Below the pieces are notes generated by a model. The model was not told where the DNA came from, made no database searches, and was given only the letters and a program-made list of their open reading frames with translations. 38,352 nt of DNA from Chiloscyllium plagiosum (lineage: Eukaryota), in contig NC_057750.1 in NCBI RefSeq assembly GCF_004010195.1, forward strand, positions 12,543,837 to 12,582,188, written 5' to 3'. Shown here in pieces: positions 23,463-36,424 of the stretch. The translations under genes and the position numbers were made by a program. Positions within the stretch are counted from its first letter, which is position 1. Each line of letters begins with the position of its first letter.

Positions 23463-23790
23463 CTGGGGACCCGGGTACACATCTCACCCTGGTAGATGGT
23501 GGAATTTGAATTCAAGAATAATTTGGAATTAAGAATCTACTGATGAGCATGAAATCATTTCCGATTGTTGGAAAACCCATCTGCTGCACTAAAGTCCTTC
23601 AGGGAGGGAAATCTGCCATCCTCACTTAATCTGGCCTACATGTGACTTCAGACCCACAGCAATGTGGTTGACTCTCAACTGCCATGTGAAATGGCCTAGC
23701 AAATCATTTGGTTCAAAGGCACCTAGGGACGGGTAATAAATGTTGGCCAGCCAGTAATGCCGACATCCCATGAATGAATAAAAATAAAAA
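23463..23790 (+). mobile_element. tRNA-derived SINE (second family), 5'-truncated, A-rich tail
   Basis: B-box-like GGGTACACATCTC and tail CATCCCATGAATGAATAAAAATAAAAA. Partial minus-strand copies at about 23180-23245, 29180-29297 and 29480-29580. Confidence 0.72.
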
Positions 23791-24228
23791 TTGTTCTGTT
23801 ATGTTCAGTGAACGTCTCTGGACTAAAAATATCGACTTTGTTCTCCACCTGTTCTTATTTTTGCCCAATTATGTGACCAAATAAAGTTTCTCATAATTGA
23901 ACTTCAACTTGCTTATTTTTGCTCCTTGATTTCTCCTCCTGTTTCAACTTATGGCTTTATCACCTTTTTACTACACAGTCAGGAAGAATCCCAGGATATA
24001 CATTCTGAAGTACTTACGTTTTCTGAATTTCTACTGGCTTTTCAATCACAGTAGGCATCACTTGGTCCAGCTATATCATTAGCAAAGATTAACTGTTTTT
24101 CTGGAACTGAGGATTTTCCAGTACTCCTACCACCACTTCACCACTTTTCACCAGATTCTCCAATTTCACTTTATATCATAGAACTTCTTCTCACCACGAA
24201 TTCCATGTATTATTCCATTTTCTCTCAG

Positions 24229-24530
24229 TAGATTAGATTACTTACAATGTGGAAACAGGCCCTTCGGCCCAACAAGTCCACACTGCCCTGCCGAAGCGCA
24301 ACCCACCCATACCCCTACATTTACCCCTTACCTAACACTACGGGCAATTTAGCATGGCCAATTCACCTGACCTGCATATCTTTGGACTGTGGGAGGAAAC
24401 CGGAGGAAACCCACGCAGACACGGGGAGAACGTGCAAACTCCACACAGTCAGTCGCCTGAGTCGGGAATTGAACCCGGGTCTCTGGCGCTGTGAGGCAGC
24501 AGTGCTAACAACTGTGCCACCATGCCGCCC
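24229..24530 (-). mobile_element. HE1-type SINE
   Basis: Very close reverse complement of 9444-9776. Confidence 0.9.
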
Positions 24531-24784
24531 ATTCCTGAATTACATGTCTCTTCATCTCTCACCATCAAAGATTGACTTGCTCCCGTATCTCTTAATTTTG
24601 TTTTAACTTGCTCCTCCTGGCATACTTGAGTACATGTTATCTATGCAAGTAAATTCTTTAAAGAGATCTGGCAGTTTCTTCTCAACCAATTCTTGACCAA
24701 ACTGTACATTCTTTTGCTGCTTTTTAGCTTCCACTGCGCTTTCTTTTACCACTTCAACAAAAATCACTGGCTTATCCAGAGCCT

Positions 24785-24962
24785 AGAGTTAGCAGGGTCA
24801 TTAGGGACGTTTAAGTGACAGCTTGACATGCACATGGATAGCAGTGAATTGAGGGGTACATAGGTTAAGTTATTTTATTTTACATTAGGATTAATCCTCG
24901 GTACAACATTGTGGGCCAAAGGGCCTGTTCTGTGCTGTACTTTTCTATGTTTTATGTTCTAT
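24785..24962 (+). mobile_element. CR1 3' tail fragment inserted in the Gypsy relic
   Basis: GGGCCAAAGGGCCTGTTCTGTGCTGTA plus a (TTCTATG)-like tail. Confidence 0.7.
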
Positions 24963-26299
24963 CCTGTTTTCCCATATCTGTTTTCCCAGTGCTTTTCTAA
25001 ACCTCCAAAACTGCAACTTTGCGTGGCCTATTTTATTACAGTGAAAACACCTGAGCTTTTTTACTTCTCGTCACCCCTCGTGGGTTTCCTTTTTACCCTG
25101 TAGCAAACTATTTTTATCTTCGATGAGATCTCTTTTCCCCTTACCACCTGAGGATTTCTCTTTTCTCCAATTTCTATTCCTCACAGATTAAAATTGATGT
25201 CAGAATCCAAACTTTGATTTATGAACCAACTTATAATCATCCACTATTTCTGTTGCTAATTTTGCAGTTTTAACTCTGTTGTTCTACATGAGTTCTCACT
25301 ACTTCAGGAAGTGAATTTTTGAACTCCTCCAAAATAATTGTCTCTTTAAGAGTGTCATATGTTGGATCTATTTTCATTGCTTTTATCTACCTGTCAAAAT
25401 TACTTTGTTTGATCCTTTCAAACTGTCTGTGTGTTTGACCAGGTTCCTTCCTTAGATTCCTAAAACATTGTCTGTAGATTTTTGATACTCGCTCGCATGC
25501 ACTTAAAGTGGCTTTTTAAACCTCAACATACTTCCCAGATACCTCTTCTGATGGTGATGCAAATACCTCTCTAACTCTTTGTGTCAACTTTGTTTGGATC
25601 AATAATATCCACACGGTCAGTGACCATTTCATTTGTTTAGCTACTTTCTCAAATGAAATGAAAAAGGCTTCTACATCCTTCTAAGTATTCAGGCAATGCT
25701 TGGACATATTTAAACAGATTCTCACCAGCCTTCGGCTACAATGGGATTGCTCTCCATCACTGTCCTCATCACTACCTCTGCCTTTCCACCTCCGCCATTT
25801 TAAATCGAGTTTGAGTTTTCAGTTCCAAACTCTAAAGTTCAAAAACTCTCTCTCCCTTTTTTCTGCTAGAGCCTTCCTTTCCTTTTCTCTTTCTTCTCCT
25901 CAAGCTGTTTTCTTTTATTGCTTTTCTTCTGCTTTCAATTGTAATTCAAACTATTTCATTTCCTTTTCTTTTGTTTGTTTGCCTCTAATTAAACCTACTT
26001 GATTTGCAATTGATTTTTAGCCTTTTCCAAAGATTCTGATGACGTTTCTGGTAAATGTTGAGTTATTGCTGCAGTTGCCTCCCTTTTCGCACAATGCAAC
26101 CCCAATTCCAGCTTATCTGCCAATTCCAAAGGTTTTGCCTTGCACACTTTTTGTAAAACTCCCAAAGTGACTTCTTCCACCCTGAGGAAACTCTCAGTGA
26201 CTGAAATAACCATTATTACAAAAGGCACACCCCATTTAAACCAACTAAATGCCAAGACCTGAGAAGGGAACACCAGCACTCACCGCTTCACGTCTTTGA

Positions 26300-28375
26300 C
26301 AGCACCAGTCTTAATGATTGTGAAGTCTGACAGGTCGGTTTGCCTTTGTGGGTATTTATCCAGTTTCGCAACCAGAGGATTTACATGCAAAGCTGACACG
26401 AAGACTGTCCTTCGCAAAGCTTCATGAGCAGTGCTTACTTGCAATTATGTTTAGATGAGGATTCCTAGAAGTATACTCTAATTAATACTCATAAGGGCTT
26501 GTACCAATATATGAGACTGCTATTTGGGGTATCAGCTTGTTCACTTTTTCAGCGGATGATGGGGAACATTTTGTGATGTCTACCTCAGGTTGCCATTTGC
26601 TTACATGACATTGTAATAACAAGGAAAACTAATAAGGAATACTTAGAGAACTTAGATATAGACCTTAGGTGTTTTTCCAAGATGGGCATACATCTAAGAA
26701 GGAAAAATGTGTGCTCCAGGTCCCCCAAGTGATCAGTTTGGGCTACAGAGTTGACAAGACTGGCTTACACCCATTGAAAGATAAAATGAGAGGGATCAAA
26801 GCTGCCATGGCTCCCATTTCTCTCCAGGAGCTTAGGTCATTTTCTGGGCTGGTAAGTTATTATGAATTGGAGAAAAGCCTGGTTTTCATCCAGGCATCGT
26901 TGCATCAACTCCTAAGAAAGGATCATCCTTGGAAATAGACAATGAAGTGAAAAATAGCTATCCTCTAAGATGTTGGGCACACTACGATCCCAAGAAAGAT
27001 CTGGTATTTTCATGCAAATCCTCCCCGTATAACATCAGGGTGGTATTAGGTCATAGGTAGTCCAATGCAGATGAATGCCAAATAGCATATGCATCCAGGA
27101 ATTTGGTGATTGCAAAGCATGAATACACCCAGATGGAGAAAGAAGGTTTAATGAACACATTTGTAGTCAGGAAGTTCCACCACTACCTTTTATAGATGTA
27201 AATTTGTGGTAATCACTGACCACACACCCTTACTTGGCCTGCTTAAATGGAAAAGATGATGCTGCCCATAGCTTTGGGCCACATTCAGCAGTGGTCACTA
27301 ATACTAAATCTTATAATTACAAATTGAGAACACTTGACAGGAGGCCAATAGCGAATGCGGATGCATTGAGCTGCCTCCCACTGGCAGATACACCACTGGC
27401 AGTATTTCACTGGAAGAGTCTGGAATGGTATTAAGTTTTCTGGAAATGCTCCCAGTCACAGCTGACTATATCAGATGTTAGATGCAAAATGATCTAGTCT
27501 TTTCAAAATGAAACAGCTGGTGGTGATGGGGGAAACCAAAGGGCTGACATGATTGCTGGGCCTGGAGACACCAGTTTACAGTAGAGGACAACACATTGTT
27601 ATGGGGAGCAAAGGTGATTGTTCGGAGCAAAGGTCAGTGCCAAAAACTGGCTGAACTCCACCAGGGGTCTCCAAAATGAAAATATTGGCAAGAAATTATG
27701 TCTGGTGGCGAGGCCTGAATGCAGACATAACTGCTTTGGTGGCCAGAGTACCAACAAAGACAAAGATTACCACCAGCAGTTCTCTCACATTCGTGGGAAT
27801 CGTTGGGTAAACTTTGGATTTAGTTGCACATCGACTATGCAGGTTATTTTATGGGTTCAGTGTTCTAAGTCATTTTAGGTGTTTTCAATACACGGAGTCT
27901 TAGAAGTGTTGGTCACAGAAAAAGGGCCATCGTTTGCCAGCAGGGAATTTGGATATTTCCAAAAGCTGAATGGGATTTGACATGTAAGGACAGCTCTATA
28001 CTACCCATCATCCAATGGTCTGACAGAAGGAGCAGGCCAAAATTTGAAGTCTGGTTTGAAGACACAGTCTGCAGCCTCACTAGATACCTAGTTGTCATGC
28101 TTCTTATTTGATTATGGGATCACCCCTCATGCACCAGCCGAATTACTAATGGGTAGAAGACTCTGCACCAGCTTAAGTCTGATCATACTGAATCTGGTGA
28201 GAAGGACCAAGTGTCATCAGGAACACCAATGCCAGATACAAGCCTCCGCCAAGTGAGAGAGACACTTTGATACATTGGACAAAGTTAGATATACAAATCA
28301 TGGAAATAGCCCCATGTGGGTAAGAGTCATGGTTGACCGGTGATGAATAAAGTTCATGATGGAAAATGTATAATG
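26300..28375 (+). mobile_element. Decayed Ty3/Gypsy pol (RT, RNase H, integrase)
   Basis: INTHKGLYQYMRLLFGVS, LGYRVDKTGLHP, ITDHTPLL, IANADALSCLP and YYPSSNGLTE motifs, with many stops and frameshifts. Confidence 0.87.
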
Positions 28376-28819
28376 GGCAGCTGAGCATGTCTACTGACCC
28401 TTATAAGGCATTGGTCTGCCAAGAACAGAAACACATTTTGTTACTTTTTCTGGCTCAATGTTGTCATACAGAGTGTTCCAGAATTTGAGGCCAACTTTGC
28501 AGTCTACACATTGAAATATTGAGGAGTTATTGCTGACAGAAGAGGGGGTAATAGAAATTCCTTAGGATTCCTCCCAACCTGTTACACTAATTTATCTCTG
28601 GCTTTTCAAGTTCATTGATGGGTCCAGCAGTCTAGAAGAAAAAACATCCAGAGAAAACTCAGGGCATGTAGCAGCTGGGAGAGATTCACTGACTTCCAAC
28701 ACTGCTGAGACAATTGCAGTTTCTGCTGCTGAAAAGAAACTAAAAATCCTGTTGCTGTGAGAGCTTGACCCCACCCATTCAGGCTGTTTCTATTGTTCCA
28801 ATTTCAAAGAAACCCCAAG

Positions 28820-30060
28820 GCCTCATGAGCTGTTTACTCTAGTGGTTGATGGTATACTGCCTGACACCTCTGCCTCAAAACCTCTCTTCTAAAATACCAG
28901 GACAAAATAACCTCTTAAGTCCACAGCATCATTACCCAACTGATCAAAGAAAGCCAGCATTGCTTTGTGAAGGACAGGTCTGCCTGACAAATCTGATTGA
29001 ATTTTTAATGAGGTGGTTATAGTGTTGGGTAGTGGGATGTCTGTGGATGTTACATATAAGAACTTCCAAAAAGTATTCAAAGACTTTTAGTTCGTTATGT
29101 TCCTTGAAATTGAAGGAGGCTGATTAACCTTGTTGGAACACTGGCTAAGTAAGGCTGGAACTCCAGTTGGCAGATTATTCATTCACAGGATAAGATCTTT
29201 GCTGGCTAGCCCATCAATTGTTGTCCATCCCCATTTGCCCAGAGGGCAGTTAAGAATCAGCCACATTACTATGGGTCTGGAATCACATTTGCCCAGACCT
29301 TCCTTAAATACCATTAACTATAGACTAGGTTATAGACCAACAGATTTATCTGGAAACACTAGCTTTCAGAACGCTGCCTCTTCATCAGGTGGTTGTGTCA
29401 CCAGATGAAGGAGCAGCGCTCAAAAAGCTAGTGCTTCCAAATAACCTGTTGGACTACATCCTGGTCATGTGTTATTTTTAAAATTCCATGGCAGAATCCA
29501 AATCTGGTTCCCTGCCACAATACCAGAGTTTCTGGATTAACAGATCAGCGATAATACCACAAAGTCATTGCCTCCCCATCAATTAAACATTATGACTACT
29601 AGTGACCATATGAATATGAGGCTTCAATTATTCTCCATATTTATCAGCTATAAAAAGATATTGATTGGTCACATGAATGTACAAACTCGAGCAAATAAAT
29701 TTTAATGTAGGCAAGTATGAGGTAATTCACTTTGGACCAAAGTTACCTGGGTCATTTGTAAGTGGGTTTAGAAAGAGTGGGTGTCAATAGCATTTGGAGG
29801 TTCAGGTGCGTGGATTATTAAAATATTTTGAATAGGCACTGAAAATAATCAGAAAGATCAATATAATACGGGATTTTATAACTAGAGAAGTAGAATCGGT
29901 GGAGAGATGGCAGTCATAATTCACCAATACAAAATGTGCTGTTTAGGCAGCACCTCATGTACTATGAGCAGTTTTGGACACCACACCACTACATAGAAAA
30001 ATGTATTGGTCTTGGAGAAAGTGAGGCTTATATTTAACAGAATGCTATCTCAACTCTCAA
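28820..30060 (+). mobile_element. Old CR1 RT fragments split by SINE and hairpin insertions
   Basis: GRSCLTNLIEF-like coding near 28975-29005. FNVGKYEVIHFG near 29700-29735. Confidence 0.6.
29320..29480. mobile_element. Penelope-derived hairpin, third family, with hammerhead motif
   Basis: Imperfect inverted repeat. Minus strand 29357-29391 reads CAC-CTGATGA-AGAGGCAGCGTTCT-GAAA-GC-TA-GTG. Confidence 0.7.
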
Positions 30061-30397
30061 TAATTTTTGTAATTCTTTAAGACACAGCCAGCTTGGTCGG
30101 TACTGGTGTACAGAGCCACTCTTAGTCTATGGAATACTGGATTTTATGTGCAGAAGTATGGACTATAATATTTGAGCTGTAATGATGAACCTGTAAAACC
30201 TATCGAGACAGAGTTAACAATAGACCTGACATTAGAATGTAACAAAGCATAGGAAACCTATAGCAGATAGATTTAGCACTGCTTTTCTAAGTAAAGTTTT
30301 GTAATGTGACAAGATCTTCTCCTAAACTATGAATGGGAGATATTTTTGTTAAGTCAAGATTGGGCACACTGTTAACAATTTATGTTCTGTGTTATAG

Positions 30398-30522
30398 GAA
30401 AACCTAGTGTTGAATATGATATCAATCAGGTATGGATGGCAACACATGTTTCCTCCCCACAATATATTCTGGTAAATCTAGAGAGGAAGGAAATAGTACA
30501 TCGAGGCAGCCTAATGTATAAG
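30398..30522 (+). CDS. CATSPERG: CATSPERG internal exon (GKPSVEYDINQVWMATHVSSPQYILVNLERKEIVHRGSLMYK), phase 1/0
   Basis: TAG acceptor, AAG/GTATGT donor, 125 nt open. Phase-compatible with both neighbouring exons. Not in the ORF track. Confidence 0.82.
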
Positions 30523-31546
30523 GTATGTTTAGTGTATTGAGACATAAAAGATAATAGGGGACAATTTAGTTAATACTCAATGGAGTCATTGCCATATTCA
30601 GTGATAGAATTAATTTTAAGTTTTACTGTCAGATAAAATGTGGTTTATAGAAATCCAGCAGACACTTTTACATCTTCTTCTTCCCATTTTCATCTTAATT
30701 GAAATATGGATGCATTAAAAAAAAGTTTTATAGTTTGTACCAGTCATTCATTTTACAATTAGCAACTTGCAATAGTCTGCATTGGAGAGATGAGAAGACA
30801 GGGGGTGTTTGGGTGTTGAGGGTTTGGTGGGGAGCAAGTGATGCAGAGGTCATGTCATGGACAATAGTTGTAAAACCCCCCACCAATAATCTGATGGTAA
30901 GTCTTGATTTGGAATGAAAGATGTTTTGACATGAAATAGAATGATTCACAAATACCAGTTCTATTGAAAAAGCGACTTCACATCAACTGAGGGTGACATA
31001 ATCTTACCTCCTAAATCAATGAATTCCTCTTTACTGGTTGTCTCTATATGCCAATCACTTAATAACTCAAAAACAAGGGTGTGCAAAAGTTGGCAAGTTA
31101 AAGTGAGGTGCATTTCTTGAGCCATGATCGACATGAATAGGGAAAAAATAGTCCACAAAGGACTACTGGTGTCTTTCACAATTAGAGAGAGAGAGAATTG
31201 ATTATCTCTAGCTTGAAGGTAACCACTCCAAAGGGTGGGTAAAGTGAGGAGGCAGGTATCCATGACCTGGTGACCAGCTGTGACCCTGCTGTGACCAGCT
31301 GACCTGGTGATTGAGCCAATGCTGTTGATTTTATTCTGTATCACATTGTAGTCATCTAGCCAACTGAGATAACTAACCACACATTTCCAGCTCAAGAACA
31401 GAATAAATAAGAGCATTTAGAAATATTTAGCGCTGCCATTCAATAAAATTATGGTTGATCTGATTGTGACCTTAACTTCACTTCCCTGCCTGGTCCCCAT
31501 AGTTCTTCATTCCCTAGTAGATCAATAATCTATTTAAGTCAGCCTT

Positions 31547-31912
31547 GGGTGGCACAGTGGCTTAGTGGTTCGCACTGGTGCCTCACAGTGCCAGCACTGG
31601 CTTCAATTCCACCTTTGGGTGATTGTCTATGATGTTCGGACATTCTCCCCATCTCTCCATGTCTGCATGTGTTTTCTCTGGGTGCTCTGGTTTCCTCTCA
31701 CAGTACAAAGATGTGCAGATTTGGTGGATTGGCTAAATTCCCCGTAGTGTCCAAGGATGTGCAAGCTTGTAAGGTTAGCCATGGGAAATGCAGGGTCACA
31801 GGGTTACGTAAGGGGTAGGTTTGGGTAGGTCAGTGTGGCATGCTCTTCAGAGGGTCGTTGAGGACTCAATGTGCAGAAATGCCTGCTTCCTTATTGTAGG
31901 GGATTCTACAAT
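31547..31912 (+). mobile_element. HE1-type SINE inserted in a minus-strand CR1 tail
   Basis: GGGTGGCACAGTGGCTTAGTGG head and GGGATTCTA tail. Confidence 0.82.
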
Positions 31913-32641
31913 TGAATATGCTCAATTACCCTAACTTCATTGTTCTGTCTGGGAGAGATTTCCAAAGATTAACTTTCCTTGGAGAGAAGAATTCTTCCTC
32001 ATCTCATCTTCATTGGGAGATCTCTCATATTGAAACTGTTTTCTTCATTCTAATTAGGGGAAGCATCAATATCAATCCTGTCAGGCTCACTGCAGGCCTT
32101 AAGTGGCAATGGAGATGGATGGATTGTTAGATGAGTAAACTAGAAACCCTCCTCTTTCTTCTGGGACATTGACCCAGTTGAAATCTTAAGACCTCATACC
32201 CACACAATGCACTCCTCTTACTTCTGAACCGCCAAAATTCTCTATATATTCCCTCTTTTCTACTATGATGCGTCAGTGGTCTCTTATGTATCGATTGCTG
32301 CATCCATGCCCTCTCATGCATCTTTTATGCCCATTCTTTTTGTACCTGCTATAGAACCAGTGAAATGTTGTGAAATGGCAAATTATGAAATGCTCCTGAA
32401 ACCAACACAATAGGCAAAGAAACTTTGAAATATCCGCTACAAACACTTGCTCATTTTATAATCTCTTAAATGATATCAATGGATTCTACCTATTCATATA
32501 TTAGTGCCAAAAAGCTGTAATTCACTTCACATCTCTTATCAAAGAAAGGAGGCTGAGCAGATTTTCAGATATCTACTTTTCCAGATTGCTTCATTATGAT
32601 GGCTCATACAAGTTCCAAGGATATACAGCATAATAACCCTG

Positions 32642-32836
32642 TAGGAGAAAAGAAGGGCTGCAGATGCTAGAGATCAGAGTTGAGAGTGTGGTGCTGGAAA
32701 GGCACAGCAGGTCAGGCTGCATCCGAAGAGCAGGAGAATCCCATCAGGATGGAGGGCTTATGCCCGAAACATTAGTTCTCCTGCTCCTCGAATGTTGCCT
32801 GTCCTGCTCTGCTTTTCCAGCACCACGTTCTTGAGT
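32642..32836. mobile_element. Penelope-derived hairpin element
   Basis: 12-bp TSD ATAATAACCCTG at 32630-32641 and 32837-32848. Mutated core CAGGATGGAGGGCTTATGCCCGAAAC. Confidence 0.82.
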
Positions 32837-33342
32837 ATAATAACCCTGGCAGAAAACATAGCTTGCAAAGGAGTGATAAAGTTTTTTTTATTGATTTCTT
32901 TATTATCTGGAAATAACCTGATTTTTCAATGCCTCTATTTATTTACCCAAGAAGTGTCAGATGGGAGTGTTAAATGTGGACTTGCTATCTGACTTGTTAT
33001 TTTGCATCAGCAAAAAATGCTCAAAATGCAAAAGGGATAGGAATCCTGGAATCAGATCTCATCCAGTTTGACTCCTGAAAATCCAAGCCCAAATTGTACG
33101 CAGTGCTAGAAATTCAGCTCATTATTTATTGCACTAATTTTGCATTCAAAACAACAAATAAATATCGACCCCTCATAGTCTCACCTGTTATGCAGAGCAA
33201 AGTTGCTTCAGAAATCTGTCAAAGCTGTAATTTATTCCACACGCTGTTGCCTCAAAAAGAAGACAGGAAATAGTCACATTTTTCAAATCACTGCTGTTTT
33301 CTTTTTTGTTTATGCTATTTCACTTGCATTCCTTTTCTTCAG

Positions 33343-33423
33343 GTCACAGTGAAAGATCGAGAATACTATGCCAAACAGAGTTTGTCAGGTGAAAACCTGG
33401 TGGTTCTTACAGTTACAATAAAG
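33343..33423 (+). CDS. CATSPERG: CATSPERG internal exon (VTVKDREYYAKQSLSGENLVVLTVTIK), phase 0/0
   Basis: Long pyrimidine tract plus CAG, AAG/GTGAGA donor, 81 nt open. Resembles mammalian ITLKDK..YDQGISG..L as recalled. Confidence 0.87.
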
Positions 33424-33674
33424 GTGAGACTGAATTGAAATAATGAGGATAACTAAATATTCAATGTATACAACAGCAGTTTGTATTAATATAAGACCAT
33501 TAATATTATAAGACAGCACAAATGCAATCAAATAAATATAACAAATTACAGGAGGGGTGACCTGAAGCTTTGCCAAAGAAATAGAGCTGAATGCATATAA
33601 TAAAGTAGTAGATGGAAGTCGAGAGGCAAAACATTTTATTAGAGAAAAAAATTCTGTAGAATATGGTCTTGCTC

Positions 33675-34705
33675 TTTCCTTGATTTATCTTAGCTTCCAA
33701 AGGCAATTCAAGCTCTTCACGAATGCGCATGAGTGCACTGACAGCGGATCAGAGGAGAAAATGACCAAGTTATCCATGTACAGGGAGGCTGTGACTAACA
33801 TGCCTCTGTTGCCTGGAATAGTCACCCTTTCTCGGCTCACATCCTTCCTGATGGACTCAGCACAAGGTTCTATACAACACACAAACAAAGCAGCAGAGAG
33901 TAGGCAGCTTTGCCTGATTCCAGAGCTGATTCCAGAGCTGAAGTTTTCTGATTCCCACCCATTGATTGAGGCTGCACTAATTAATTTGATGTCGAGCAAG
34001 TCAGATTCAATTTTGGATTTCCTCCCCTAAACTCAGTTGGAAGAATATGACCCATATCTACATATGCGATATCCTGTCAAAGGCCTCTCTGGCTGATGAG
34101 GCAGGTGTCCAAGCCCTGCATGTGGGGATTGTATCCCTGAGGATCGCTGGGCTGCTAGAGATCTTACTGCCACTTTCAGTACAAGTTTGGTTGGGATGAA
34201 TCAACAAACACAGAGCGGATCTGACCCGATTGGCGTTGATTTCAGACAGAACTTTGTAATCTACATTCAGCAGTGAAATTGGTTGCCAATTTCTAATGTG
34301 CTCCCTCTCTCCACTTGTAGATGAGGGTGATGACACCTTTCCTCATGAATTTACACATACTATCTGCCAGAAACATATTGTTGTATACCTCAGGTCCTCG
34401 CCAATCAAGTCCCAAGAGCTGAATACAACTCAGCCGGTAAGCTGTCGCTTCCGGGAGTTTTATTCTTTTCAAAGGACGCAAGAACTTTGGTTACCTCATC
34501 CAGAGATAAAGGCAGGTCCACTGTCTTCCGCATCTTGTCATATCAGACCTCCATGTCAGAGGACAGAAACAACTGTGGGACCAAGCTTTCTGTGCACTTC
34601 ATGTTATACAATCTGACATTAAAGACATTACTGAGCCATCTTTCTCCTTCAGGCTGCTGATCAGAAAGCCCTCTCTGGGCACCTTACATAAGAAGAAATG
34701 CGAGC
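33675..34705 (-). mobile_element. Tx1/L1-clade LINE RT fragment, decayed
   Basis: RNWQPISLLNVDYKVL, EAFDRISH, SGIRQSCLLS..LFVCCIEP and SLYMDN motifs. Confidence 0.82.
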
Positions 34706-35424
34706 ATGCCTAATCCACATATTCAGTATAACACAACGCAGATCATTTTCACACCTCAAGGACTCTTAAGATCTTTACACTGTAAATGCATTTATCTTCC
34801 TATCTGTACTGGCCATGCTCCCCAACTTCTTTATAACTTTATTATTTGTGTATGTGTGTGTGATGTCACATTTTTATTATTTTGGTTTGGAGTAATGGAT
34901 AGTAAAATTCCTTATCTTTCACTCAACGAAACTTCATGAAATGTGAAAGCTGCAACCTAGCAAAGAATAATAAGTATTTGTTGTGACCAATGAAAGGGGA
35001 TTTAAAAATAGAGGAACCAACCACCACTCCTCATCAGCTCATAACACATTCAATCACTTTCAGTTGATGCTGTCAGAACTGTTGCATTTCTCCAGCATTT
35101 TCTGTCTGTATTTCAGAAAATAACATGTCCTTGCTTAGATATGGTGACAGCATTGTGAGCAGTGGAGGAGGCAGAGAAGGAAACCTTTGAATGGAAGGAG
35201 AAGTGGTCTTTCCTTAGAAAACCACACTGAGAAGGGATCTTCTGAGAGTACCTCTCTTGTATTGTTATGAATAAGGAACAGTACGACACCACAGGAGAAG
35301 TGAAGGCAACTTTAATAAAATTATGTCAGCATAAAAACAACTTCTAGGAAAGAAGTTTATCAGTTCATAGCTCCAAGCAAAGTTAAAACTCAGTGAGAAA
35401 GAAGAATTCTGGGAAGGGGATATG

Positions 35425-36072
35425 CCAACCATGGTTAACTAGGGAAGTTAAGAAGAGCATAATGTTGAAAGAAAGAACTCATTGCTATGTGGCAATGAGT
35501 TTTTAAACCTACCAAAAGGTGACCAAAATAAATAATGAAGAGTGAGATGAACTTTAAGGGTAAACTTGTAACTAATATCAAGATAGTCAGCAAGAGCTTC
35601 TTTACATTTATAAAAAGAAAGAGAAAGGCTAAAGTGAACAGTGGTCCCCGAGTCGAGAGTGGTCCCTGAGAGAACAAGGCCTGGCAAATAATAATGGGGA
35701 ACCAGAAAATGGAACAAAAATGGAATAAATATTTTGCATCAATTTTCACAGTAGAGCACAGTAATAGCATTCCAAAAATTGCTAAGCAATCAAGGGGCAA
35801 AAGGAGGAGACAAAATAACTATTGATTGAGAAAAAAGTGCTAGGGAAACTAATGGCTGAATCCGTGGAATTCTTTACACAGGGTTCTGTTGTGGCTGGAT
35901 TGTAAAGTATATTCAAGGATGAAATAGACAGATTTTTAATAAGGGAGGAAATCAGGTTTGTAGGCAAAAGGTTGGAAAGTGGAGTTGAAGATTATCAGAT
36001 GAGCATGATCTCATTGAATGGTGGATTGGATTCAGTGGGTTGAATGGCCTGCTTCTATTCCGACATCTTATC
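35425..36072 (+). mobile_element. CR1 fragments (pre-RT region joined to 3' tail)
   Basis: SKSFFTFIKRKR and NKYFASIFTVE peptides. Tail TGAATGGCCTGCTTCTATTCC. Confidence 0.72.
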
Positions 36073-36424
36073 TGTCTGACAAACATGGCAACGACCCACT
36101 ATTGCTGGACTTGATTTGCTCCCCTATCCCTACTTGATCTGACAACACTCTCAGCCCATCACCCTATCTGACACTGCCCAACTCACTACCAGACCAGGCA
36201 AATCCTTTCTTGCCCTTCAAACCTGATGCCCATTTTGACACATCGCTACATCTGACTGTCTCCCTGCCCTGTCAGACCTGACCCAACCCACTCTCCACGC
36301 TGGTCCCAACACTCTTCTCTCCCTGTTGGATCGGAAATCTTTTCCCATCTATCAGAACTGACACATAACCAATAGTTCCCCCCGCCCTCCAATGCCCCAA
36401 CTTCTGTACCCAGCCAACCCTCAT

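Larger units (their letters stand above)
23255..26290 (-). mobile_element. Gmr1-like Gypsy LTR-retrotransposon relic (gag, protease, integrase N-terminus), interrupted by SINE and CR1 insertions
   Basis: gag-like start near 26213, FEKVAKQMKW and ILEEFKNSLP. Zinc knuckle CFHCNKIGH near 25020-25050. LRDTGASQSL with DTG at 24581-24589. LRMAYELSVEGHLGVR near 23275-23325. Confidence 0.8.

Noticed and set aside
30699..31416. ORFs of 72-151 aa
   Set aside because: No recognisable homology or splice context; partly overlap a decayed SINE.
975..32836. Dispersed palindromes considered as CRISPR-like repeats or DNA-transposon MITEs
   Set aside because: Eukaryotic context with no repeat-spacer array. 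Variable TSDs and hammerhead cores point to Penelope retroelements.
33914..33941. Tandem CTGATTCCAGAG duplication
   Set aside because: Simple 12-bp slippage duplication within a dead Tx1-like RT.
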